NCBI GenBank assembly: GCA_003427395.1
Contig: BFEA01000001.1
Span: 2,284,312-2,348,311 of the forward strand
Direction of reading: 5' to 3'
Source of the DNA: Chara braunii
Lineage: Eukaryota; Plantae; Charophyceae
Length of the DNA stretch: 64,000 nucleotides
Shown here: piece after piece, positions 13,251-24,865 of the stretch
How positions within the stretch are numbered: the stretch's first letter is position 1
Layout of the letters: each line of letters starts with the position of its first letter
Position numbers and translations under genes: made by a program
Notes under the pieces: model-generated
Database searches by the model: none
What the model was told of the DNA's origin: nothing
Seen by the model: the letters and a program-made list of their open reading frames with translations, nothing else

Positions 13251-13490
13251 CAAGGATCGGGCTATAACAAACTCAATAAAAAGGTCAGACTCGAAGAACA
13301 ACGTGCACGTCAGGATTGATCCGCAAAAAAAAAAGAAAAAAAAGTTTGACACTTGGACTGCTAAAATATGGCGACTTGTCATGGAGCGAGCCCTGGTAAT
13401 AGAAAATTTCAAATCGCGTTATCAATTTTTAAGCGCATTATGTCATCCTCTTCTCTCGCGCATCTATTGCAATCTCTTCCGACTTTTTTT

Positions 13491-13608
13491 AATTACGCGT
13501 GTGGTGTATGTCTTGCCCTCGCCTCTCTTTGGTTCTTTGTCGAATTTTCATTCAATTACGCGTGTGGTATGTCTTGCCCTCGCCTCTCTTTGGTTCTTTG
13601 TCAAATTC
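13491..13608. repeat. Tandem duplication, ~63-bp unit x2
   Basis: AATTACGCGTGTGGT(GT)ATGTCTTGCCCTCGCCTCTCTTTGGTTCTTTGTC occurs twice. Confidence 0.9.
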
Positions 13609-13619
13609 TCCCTTATGAT

Positions 13620-14691
13620 CCGTAACTGCCTTGAGGGCCCAGAGACTTCGTTATTACGAGCTGGCTTCACTAGGGAGTGGGCGACGTTGACCATAGAACA
13701 CACTTATAGTTCTTGCAAGTTGTCGGACATAGTCTGATCTTCAACAACTCATGCCCCTCTCTCGTAGGTTGCCCAGCTGCCTATATAACGCATGAGTTAA
13801 CCGCGGTTGATTGTGGTCTTAAACCCTTCATCATCCTGAGTTATTCCTCTGGTGCTCACTCGCGCAGTTAGTACTATGTCCCGCACATTCACTCCCACTT
13901 CACCAAGACTGAGATGAAGTATGGGGCTATTGTTGACACGTGAGTGTCCCTCTCGAATCTCATGGGAAATCTGACTTTGGTGGACTTCCTTCCCTCGCTA
14001 GTACTCAGGACAGTGCATTCGCTTTCGACTTCATTATACCAAAAACGGAAAGACACAAAATTGCGCATGACTGTTTGTGACATCAACAGTGAGGTCCGCT
14101 CTTAGAGTGCCCGTGAGAGTTTGCCTTCATCCCTTTGTTTCCCTATGAATGCTCTCCTCTACCGCACATACGCCATGCTCTCGCCCCGCGGTTCGTGACT
14201 GCCTCAGTTTCTCCGTCGACGTGAGATGGCCTCCAGCCCTCCGGGCCTTCCTCTACCAGTGCAGCCGGCGGGAGACCCCGCCTCCACTGATCATGTTCGT
14301 GCCAGGACTGGGTCTTAACAGCATCGCTAGCCTCAGACTCAGCATTGGAGTCCCGGTCCAGGTCTTGTTGTTCACGCTCCGTGGTCCCAATAGACGTCTT
14401 CGTCTTCTGGTACGAAATGGTCGCCTGAACCTCTGCTATCACTCCCTCCCTTCTGCACCTCCGATTGGCTCGGTTCTTCGCCTTCGTGACGACCGCTTGC
14501 AGCTTTGGGCTTGTTCTCATCTCCTCTTCTCTTACCCCCTCCACGTTCATTTTCAGTTTTGCTTCGTCGTTGTCAAAATTTAGGATAGTAGTAATCCAAG
14601 GGCCTTCCCCAGATACTAGGGCCCATTGAGTCAGGAGCCTCCAGTATTCGGGCTTATAGCCTTCCAGCCCCTTCCTGCATGCCACAGTCAC
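13620..14691 (-). pseudogene. ORF-A (right copy), unknown charged protein
   Basis: 182-aa frame 14143-14691 plus 13889-14086 (MRFERDTHVSTIAPYF, matching LRFHS..KLSTISNPYF near 3640-3700). Confidence 0.55.
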
Positions 14692-17129
14692 TCTCTCCTA
14701 TTAGTATGTGCCTCACACCTACAACAATCACTTGCCCTTTGTCATGCACAGAGCAGGATGACCATCGGGCCAACAGGCTCATACGAACGCAATCAGTGCG
14801 CCTCACCTATCTTTATAACTATCTCGTCCTTTAAAACAGGGTAGTAGCAGCACAAGTCTGAGCACGTGCTTTCTGACCAATAGTCGTAGGGTTTTAGTGG
14901 CTACCTCTTATAGAGCCTGCGGGTGCCACAATCTCTATGTTCCTAATGGGATCTAAGGGGTCCACTATAGATAAATAAAATCGGAATAATATTAACATAA
15001 TAGTTTTATCAAAAGAGCAAAGAGTACACCCAGCGATCGTCACTTAAATACAGCCCTATGGTCCATGTCTACTATCTTTTCACGGGGGTCCCATAACGTG
15101 ATACCGACTAATTCTTTCCTTCCTTTAAAGGGGAACATCAGACTATCCTTAATGGGTACCCGTGTGCGATGGCAAGGAGAGGGCTTATGACCTTCCACCG
15201 GGGTGAGAAGCCTCCTATCGAAGCGGTCGCGGGTCGCACTCGTTTTGGGGCCTTACAACGTGGCATCCAGCACATCGTGCCTGCGTAAACGAGTCGCAAA
15301 AAGTTGGGTCAGTCTAGTCCGACCACTTAAATCACGTTTCAAAAATGAATTGTTTGTTTCCCCGCGAAGTGATAGAGGAGGAACTAGCTTTGAGAATATA
15401 CAATAAAATCATAGAAGAAGCTAGAATCCCCATCAAGAAGCGTAACGCCGCTGCAACCTGACACCTTTAGATCATTTAGAACTAAGATGAAGATTTGGAT
15501 CAGAGCAGAGGCTTGACGCGCAAATTTTTCTTATTTTCTATTTTTTATTTTCCTTTTTTTCCTTTAACTTTTACTTGATTATGACTGCAACTCTGTGCAC
15601 ATAATCCATAACTCATACTTTAGGGGTTTGACGTAGAGTTTAACAGACCGCTTAGGTCCCTCTACCTTCGCGTTCCTGGGTGAGCCCGACGGCTACCACA
15701 ACAACATGTCGGTTGTGCTCTGTTGTATAGTAGGGCGTCGAGCCCGTGTGGACCAATGGAAAGCTTAGTGGCGCAACCCCGTCTTTTGCTGGTGGGAACG
15801 CCCAATAGGACTAATCCAGGAATTGGTCGCACATGTAGTCCACCTGCTGTATAGCTCTGGTGCGACCTGCACTTAAAGTAAGCTGTGTTCACAATCGGGC
15901 AAAGTCGCCCGCACGAAGGGTGTGGTTAGTATACGACGGAAGGTTGGAACATCGCGCCCTCCGACATTATACTAAACCCCCGACCAGCGTCCCCGCTGAG
16001 TGGAAATCTGTTCGGTAAATAATATAAGATAACAACAGTCGGTAGTATGGTAATTGATTCTCACAACATTGAAGTAGCGAGGTTCTCATAGTGCAGTTGT
16101 AGCAATTGACTCGTGATTACTGCAACACAAATGTTTTCCTCTTTTCCTCTTTCTCTCGCACTTGCTCTTCTCCGCAAAGCTGCGACTGCACTTCATGACT
16201 GTTTTTCATTCCTCTTCTTAGCAGTGAGACCCTCTTACTCTCACAATATGTTCTCAACCTTCTTTGTTGCACAACCTCTCTCTTTCACTTATCACTAAGT
16301 GGTGACTTCTCTTGGAATATGCCTGAAACACGTCGAGGACATGGAAGAGGAAGGGGCGGCAGGGGCGGTAAAACTCGTGAATAATTGTTATCTCGCACAA
16401 GGCGAGAGATTAGCTCCGAGGAGGACGAAAAAAAAAAGTGAGGTTATGATGCTCATACCATACCATACTCGTGTCACCTCTTTGCAGGCTGGTACGAAAA
16501 AACTTCATCCCTCACGAAGATGAAGTATTATCAGAGAAAGTTTGAGGTGCGTTATGGCACCCCAAGCTCTTCCGCTTCTCCATATTTCCCTAGAGCTCTC
16601 ACTACTCTAATGACAAGAAAGGCGTTAGTGCCAACATCGTCACCCTTTATCCCTTATGTTCTTCCTTCTCAGTCTCATCTTAGTAATTGTACTCTCTTCT
16701 ATATTTTCTTTCTTATCGCTTTACTTTAGGTAGAATTCATGACTATTTTTTATTTCTTGTATAAGGATGGCATCTTTCCTTGAATTTTATGATTTTACTT
16801 TTTTTAAATTCTCAGTCCACTTCATACTTCACAGCATCCCTGCCACTCCTTGGCTTGAGAGTTTGAATACCTTGAGGTCGAGGATGCAGGTTTCTTGTGA
16901 ACTAGGTCGCTCTATCGAGTAATATCGACCACCAAATCAATTCAAAAACGGTTTGATCTTAGTCTTTCACCTGTAACTAACTTTGATCTCACGTTACTTT
17001 GAAAGTTGACTTTTCTCTGAAATTTTCTTGGTAAAGAAGTTACCTCGTTTCTTTTTGACGGTAATGTTGGGGATATTATCACACTATCATTAGTCATGTA
17101 GACACTCATTCTGTCAACTGTGCTGGGAC

Positions 17130-17305
17130 AAGATATACCAAACCCTTTTTTTGTTCTCTGGCCTGAGTGAGACACCTTCTCAACTTCTCAAGCAACCGAA
17201 GGGGATACCAAACCCCGTTCTCTTTCTCTGATCTGAGTGAGGCGTCTCCTCAACTTCTCAGATAAACAAAGGGGATACCAAACCCTTTTTTCTTTCTCTG
17301 GTCTT
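17130..17305. repeat. ~72-bp tandem repeat x2.5 downstream of gypsy pol
   Basis: ATACCAAACCC...TCTCTG..CTGAGTGAG...CTCAACTTCTCA repeated. Confidence 0.85.
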
Positions 17306-18159
17306 GTAATTTTACGTGAACATGCATAAACCTGCAACACAACGAGTTCCACAAACGACCAAACAAGATCCCAACAAGAAAGCCCTCTTACAAACAGTAG
17401 TCAAACAGTAATTACATAAAATTAATTAGAATAAAATCTATAATAAAATAATAAATAATATAAACAGTTCTAAACACCAAGAAGTCATCGATTACCTTGA
17501 TTTTGGTCCACCACTGGCAAGGGCTGACAAACCTCCCTTCAGTCTGAAGTCCCTCATTCGGCCCGCCTCAGGTAAGGACCAATCAGACCATTTGTCTTGA
17601 CAACCCCTTTAACATGCTTCCAGGTTAGGACCACCATATCCACTACACGAGTATGATGATCCTCTGGTGTGCCTCATGCCAGAACACCCAGACTATAATG
17701 GGTCTGGTTGCCATAAGACATTTGACCTCCTGTCAGTCCAATTGCCCTATACCCAGATTTAACCACTATGGTCGGGGTCTGGCTCACCCACCAATTTTCG
17801 GTCTGGGGCACTGCCTGCCCCGCCCAAATTTTGAATGCAGGACCTTGTCTAATTGTGATTCGGACTCTGACTAACTTACTAAATTGCAACCTCTGACTGC
17901 GATAGGGTTCCATCTGACCCCTTTTGACATCCTAGGCCAGACTCTCGGATCCTTAGCCTCAGCCAACTACGAAATTCGACACTCGAGTCGAGGACCTGCT
18001 GACCCCATCAGATTGCAACTTACTTCGGTAAGGCTCTGCCTAACCTCAGCAATCAATAATGACTCGGGCTAAAGAGAAGAAAATATCAGGTGCAGACAAA
18101 CAACAAGCATACAAAGCCCACACGCAGACCGCCCGTGCCCTAAAAAATTGAACAATCAT

Positions 18160-18460
18160 TTCCGAAGAGACGTCCCTTCAGTCTCATGATGCACTGAACA
18201 ACAACAAGACAAAAAAAAAAAAAAATCCAAGAGACTTCCCTTCAGCCTTAAGGAAACACAAAGTTACTGATTTAAGAGAGGTTTCTTCCATCATGTGATA
18301 ATATTTCCAAGAGACCTCTCGTGAGCCTCAAGGAAATATATAATGTTGATCCCAGAGAGGTTTCTTCCTTCATCTGATAATTTTCCAAGAGACCTCCTCG
18401 TCAGCATCAAGGAAAAATTAAGATACTGGTCCCAGAGAGATCTTTTCCCTCATCTGGAAC
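18160..18460. repeat. ~80-bp tandem repeat x3 downstream of gypsy pol
   Basis: TCCAAGAGAC...AAGGAAA...AGAGAGGTTTCTTCC.TCAT repeated. Confidence 0.85.
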
Positions 18461-20102
18461 AAAAGATAGACAAATTACTCAAAAAACACTAATTCCCTTA
18501 ACTAAGAACTCTTTGTCAAGTGAAGCTGAACTTCCTTAGGCCCATCAAGCTTTTTCTTCATTGCTGAAATGATGTTGTTTACAACTTCAATGTGCCGCTT
18601 CTTTAGGTCCATCAAACTTTACCTTCATCACATAAATGATGTTGCTTACATCTTCAATGTACACAACCACGAGTTCTCTGAACTTGACACTGCGTCAATA
18701 CTTAGGAAACTGATATCTTATCACTTCCTACTGCAACTGCTTCTCACAGTTACTTTCCATTTTTAGAGATCTGACGCTTGTAGATCGATTGTAACTCTGT
18801 ATCAGTGATACTTTAATCTTATTAGTTTTGTAACTTGCGAAAATAAAAAAATTAGTGCGCATGCAAAAATGAATATGAATCGTTTGATGACTCTCTCTTA
18901 TTCCTTCATGTCAAAAATTGACATGCTAAAAATTGACATGCTCGAAATTGACATACTGAATTGACAATGCAATAATGATCAAAGTCTACCGAAATTTCAG
19001 TCTTGCAGTCTCGCTATCTTACTGTATTTCTTTCAGTTTTATGAAACTGCTCTCTTACTTGACGATTGACCTCTCTTTACTATATTTGTGGTCATAGTAG
19101 AAAAATCAGATGAGGATCTCTGAAGATAAATTTCGAAGTCTCGACCCTTATATCATGAACTCTTGAGTCACCCATCTCGGATATCTCATATACTTTGTCC
19201 TTTTTTTCACGGGTAAATCTGTAAGGACCACGCCATCATGACTCCAAATGTTCAGTCCATTGAGTCGCTAGTGAATTGTTATAAAGCAAGACGAGATCAT
19301 AAATTTTTAGGGTTTTTTTTTTTATGTATTGTTCCAATTCCACCTCTCTTGATTAGACAACTGACTAATGACCATCCTCTCTGCAACATTTAACACAGCC
19401 TGCTGAACTTCTAATATCTGTCTCATTCTGATCTTAGAAGTTCTATAATGAAATATTTTTTATCTTTTTCTTAACCACTAAGTCTTGGCTATGCTTTCAA
19501 TAGGTAAAATACCATATCGACCATACCACAAAGTGAAAGGTATATAGTCAGTGGTCCTCTCAATCGTGATGTTATCCACATAAACTCTACCTCGTAGCAC
19601 CTCTAACCAATTGCTGAGATTTCCCTTACACCACTTTGTTTGTGAATCCTTCAAAGTCTTATGACCCCTCTCAACAAGTGCATTCACCTGAGGATGATAA
19701 GTAGTTATATATCTGATTTTGACACTCAGTTTCAAAGTGTTTTTTCTTACAATCTTATTTTTAAATTATGATCCTGTGTCTGAAATTAACTCTCTAATGA
19801 AAGGATATTTGAGATAAATTTCCTCTATCCAATCAACCACTTGTTCGACTGTTTTCCTTTTCAGATTTTTCGCTTCAGCATAACCAAAAAAATTATTTTT
19901 TATGTCTAGTATGTATCTCATCCCTTCCCTGACTTGGGGCATAGTAATGAGATACAAATGAACTCGACCACTTGGTTTTATCACCATAGTGAAAATAAAG
20001 GGTCAATCAATCTTGTTGTAGACCTCTTTTGACACAATAAACACGTCTTACAAAATCAGTAAATCATCTCTCTCATGCCAAGCAAAAAATAAAGTTTATT
20101 TC

Positions 20103-20886
20103 CTGTGTAGTGCACCGAACATGTTCGGCACCCCACCAAGAAGCCGAACATGTTCGAACGCTCGACCGAGCGCGAACCGAACATGTTCGGGCGAGCGCAA
20201 ATTAGGGGGCTGTCGAGCGCGTCCTCGTGTGTGTATGGTGCATATAGTGTGTGTGGGTTGTGTGTGGTGTGTGTGTGTATGCATGTGTGTGGTATGTGTG
20301 TGTGTATGTTCAGGAGTGATGAGCAATAACCCCCAGGGCCCCCGAACCCCTATATGTATACAAAATATATTAAAAAAATAAAAAAATAAAAATGTTCGGG
20401 CTCGGTGTATTTTGGGGCACGATTGGGCTGGGTATCGAGCGTTCGGGTTCGGTCACCGAGCACGAAAGAGATGCTACGCAACTTATTTCTAACTGTTTTT
20501 TTTTTTTCTTCTGCATACTACTCTTAATGGAGACCTGCGTAGCACCGTGTTTACGTTCGGAGGCGAACGCAAACATGTTCGCCCGAACGAGAAAAAACCT
20601 CAAAAACTCTCTGAACGTAAATATAAAAAATATTTTTAAAAAAAAAATCAAAAAAATATAAAAAACATATATCGTATGTAAGATATTAATACAATCAATT
20701 TTTGCCTTGGAATCTGTTCAAATTCGTGGTCAATCATGAGTTAAAAATAAAAAACCGAAAAAAAAATTAATTTTAATTTTATTTTTACGAAAAAAAATTA
20801 CGTTCACCCGAAAATATTCGCGAGTTGTTCGTGCGAACACGCGAACACGTTCGCACGAACGTGAAGGGGCGCGAATAGATACGCAG
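20103..20886. mobile_element. MITE-like insertion interrupting gypsy pol
   Basis: Abrupt compositional change with many CGAACATGTTCG/CGAAC/GTTCG motifs at both ends and a (TG)n tract. Exact ends and TSD not resolved. Confidence 0.65.
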
Positions 20887-23800
20887 ATGGAGACAACCCA
20901 CTCTTGTTAATCACAAAGAACCGTCCTCTTTTAAGTCTGAATTTTTTCTTCAAGTTTGTGCAGTTCATTTTTTCTCTTTCTATTGCTTTCTTAATCTCTT
21001 GATAACTCTCTTCGTATTCTTCAAGGATAAACATAATTTCTTACTCTTTCTTTTGAATCTCATCATCATTCTTTGAAGCGGAACTTTCTCTTAGTTCATG
21101 GACAACCACAAATGCCGCATTGATTTCCGTGTACCAGTCATTCTTATCTTCCTTTTTCTCTTTCTCATTTCATGGATATAAGCATAAGAGACTTTACCCT
21201 AGTCGTCTCTTTCTTCAGACCACACACATTTCTTGTATGAGTTTGGTCTCTTGGAATCTTTGTCATCTTCTTTATTTAGAAATTCATCAGCATAAGCTGA
21301 CTTTTCAGTAGTTTCCTCAATATCTTCGTCATTATCTGTTTTCCACTTAATTCGATTGAAGTCATCTGCTCGATTGTTTTCAGTTAATTTTTTTTCCAAC
21401 TTAAAGTTAAAGGTTCAGATAAAGACAATTCATCTTCTTACTACTAGATCTATCTGTCGGTGTTTTTTCATAACATCAATCACTCCAGATGCATCAGTCC
21501 TCAGAATGAACCTTCTTCCAAGCACATAGTGTCCGAAACACCTGAGGCAATATATGATTGTCAGTAGCTCTTTCCTGAATTGGGTGTAGCCTTTTCATGT
21601 GAAATTGAATGTCATGCTTCTAAACCTTACATGTCTTTCTTTATCATTCTTATATTTTTGTACAAGTACACCACCAAGAACAATTGACTCTCCATCTGCC
21701 TCGATGATAAAATATCCTCCCTTCTCACCATCATAGTAAGACACTCCCAATACTAAACCTCCATCTTTCAATTTTTTTCGTAGATCTTTAGCAGCGATTT
21801 GCCTTTTTTGTGTCCATGACAAGTCAGCTCCTTGCCTTACCATATCCCTTAGAGACTTTTCAAGGGTAGTCAAATGAGGAATGAAAATCCTCCAGAACCT
21901 ACAGAAAACACCTAAGAAGCTTCTGACCTCTGACACTCACTTAAGAGACAATGGTCAACTTAGGATCTTATCTATCTTCTTGGGGTCGGGGTTTCTACCT
22001 TTAGAGCACCATCTAAAACGTAGAATGATTACTGTCTGAAATAGAAGAGACTTTGACCCACTTGCAGTCAAATTGTATTTTTGAAGTCTGTCTAGGACCT
22101 ACTTTATACCCGCTGCATGTTCCCTGACAAACTTCCTAACACCATCACCAACCAATGTCTTATCTCTTTTTACGTTTTTACCGAATTATCATCAATATAA
22201 AGATTTAAGATAAATATCTTATATGACTTGGATCATGTCTCTTTGTACCACTGCCACATCATTAGTCCACCTTTGTGATACCACACACATCTGGATAAGA
22301 CCTTTCGCCATGTGCATGCCAGTCATGGGTCGACTAGTGAGATCAATGAGATATTGATGATAGTCAAAATATAAATCAATTAACGAATAAATACATCGAT
22401 AAGAAAATGACTCAGAAATGAGATTAGCATTATAGAGGTTACGTGCATCATGTGTTGCCACTAAGTTTCACTTTTGGAGATTTTGTATCCATCTCAAACC
22501 ACCTTCTGGTTTCTAAAAACAAAAGCAGCAATTAACATACGGTCCGTCAGCAGACTCAACAATATTATAAACAATTTTTCTATGAAGATATTTCACCACC
22601 TTTGATTCTTCTTTTTCATCATATTTAGTTGGTCTATAATTCCAAGCGATATGATCTACTATCAAGATCTTCGTCATTCTAATCATATCCTCATCCAATC
22701 GTCCTCTCTATTCACAAGTAAAGAAAAAAAACACAGAGAATTTATATCACACTTTGAATATATATTCCTTCTCGTTAGGCCAGATAAACTGATCTGAATT
22801 CATCCTCATTGTGTCAAATCTCTCTCTAGTAACCCTATTCCCAAGTTTTGCTAACTCCTTTAATGCTTTAATGATTCTACTTTTCTTTTTTAATGCTTTA
22901 TCATGATTTTTTTTTTAATTAAAACAGTCAACGGGTTCTTTTGCACCCCCTTGGGTTATATTTTTTCTTTGACTTAATGACTTTTTTTTTTTTAAATGAT
23001 GAGTTGATGCAAATCTCAATTCCATTTTAACACTCTTGACAGATTCAATAACCTTCTTGAATTCATCAATTTGGTCATCATCATTTTTGAGTCGCCCAAA
23101 AACTTTTATCATTTTCGAGATCTGATTAATGCCTACCGCAATTTCTTCTTTGGTTCCTCGTTTACCTTTTTCTTTCAGTTTTCTTGTCATCTCAACAAAA
23201 TTTTCCTTTCTTATAGATTTAATTGACATTTTATATTTAGGATGATTTGAATTACAAACCACAAATGTATGTTTCTGATCACTCTCTGGATCGTGCAATC
23301 CAATCCAAGATGACCCTTCATGACTGAGGAACTGGATATCTTTCATTCTATGCAAGAATATGGTACCCAAAATACAATCATTATCCATCTCTGAAACCAC
23401 GAATCCTAACACCTCAACACAAACAATTTCAACCTCAATGACCAAATTATCAATGAAGCATATCAAATAAAGAGTTATAGCAATGTTACTCAATTGGTGC
23501 TTTGAATTTCTATCAATAGTTCAGATCACAAACTTCCATAGTCTTTTGAGAAAGAAAATTCATTTCTGCCCCGGAGTCTATTAAGATTTTGATCTTCATT
23601 TGATTGATGTAGATGGTCATGTACCCACAACCCACGGTTGTAAATATCATATTTCATCCTGGAAATGACTTGTCAGTTTCAGCAGGGAAATCCAAACCCA
23701 AGTAGTTGATTTCCATTTTTCTCCTTTCAATCCATTTTTTAAGTTTTTATCTTAGCTTAGATGCTAAGGTCATTGTCTCCTTAAATGACATAGTTACATA

Positions 23801-24382
23801 ATTTTCTTCCAAGATCTTTTTAGCTTAGATGCTAAGATCATTGTCTCCTTAAATGACATAGGTACATTATTTTCTTCCAAGATTTTTATGATCACATCAC
23901 TGATTTCCACCTCATCTTCTAGCTCACTTTTGAAAATGAATTTTATTTTTTTCCCTCGTTCGTTCTTTCGAGATGAGAGGTTTTGTTCCTAATCATCAAG
24001 AATTTCATTGACCACACTTTTTGTGGAAGACTGTAGGTAGAGACTTGACTATTGCCACCATCTCGTCTCCATCTAAGAGGGTAATGTTCTCCTTGTTCAA
24101 TACCGTTTGTCTCTCACTGTCAGTGAAATTAGTTAAGAAGATGTAATATGTCTGGAACTCGTCCATGTATGAAATTTTTCTGGCTGTTCAAATGAACGTC
24201 TGAAGGAAAACGTTGAATGCATTATATGTAGTTCTTCTGATGTTAAGAAGATTCTTGCTATTAAAATATTTATCAAACTCTCTTCTCATTCTGTCTTTAA
24301 TTTCTTCCCAAGCAGTAATTTCATCCATCAACTCTCGAACTGTAAGTCTTAAGTCAGAATCACAATATGATAGAAGCTTGCG

Positions 24383-24865
24383 TCACTGTCTATCAGTCTA
24401 ACCATAACAAAGTTTAAATAACTCATATTGATCTAAAAAATCATGTATTTGTGGTCCTCTGAAACATGAAACTATTTCATCAGGTCGTTTTGTTCTTACG
24501 ATGTCTGATTCTCCCTTCATAGTATCAACTCTCTCGACCAATTACCATATGATACCCACTACAATCTCTTAACGAGTCCCTGTAGAGGAGCTAAGTCTTT
24601 GAACTGACAATCTTTAGTCATAATTATAATATGACAGAAGATGCTTGAGTCACTGTCTATCAGTCCAACCATAACGAAGTTCAATTAACTCATATTCATC
24701 CAGACAATCATTGACTTGTGGTCCTCTGAAACATGAAATTATTTCATCAGGTCGGTTTGCTCTTACGATGTCTGATCCTTCTTTCATAGTATCAACTCTC
24801 TCGACTAATTCCCATATGACACCCACTAGAGTCTCTTCAAAAGTCCACGTGGAGGAGCTAGGTCT
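24383..24865. repeat. ~267-bp tandem duplication in the gag N-terminus
   Basis: TCACTGTCTATCAGTC...GTGGTCCTCTGAAACATGAAA...TTCATAGTATCAACTCTCTCGAC at ~24383 and ~24650. Confidence 0.9.

Larger units (their letters stand above)
9305..15966 (-). mobile_element. Giant LTR-like unit L2 (right arm; possible 3' LTR of the gypsy element to its right)
   Basis: Reads TGTCGG...GTGACA on the minus strand. Inverted homologue of L1. Preceded on the minus strand by a G5 tract (15967-15985) and a gypsy pol in the same orientation. Confidence 0.65.

Noticed and set aside
1344-15966. Maverick/Polinton or linear plasmid with long TIRs
   Set aside because: Inverted homology runs to the centre, leaving no unique core, and no pPolB, integrase, ATPase or capsid motifs were seen.
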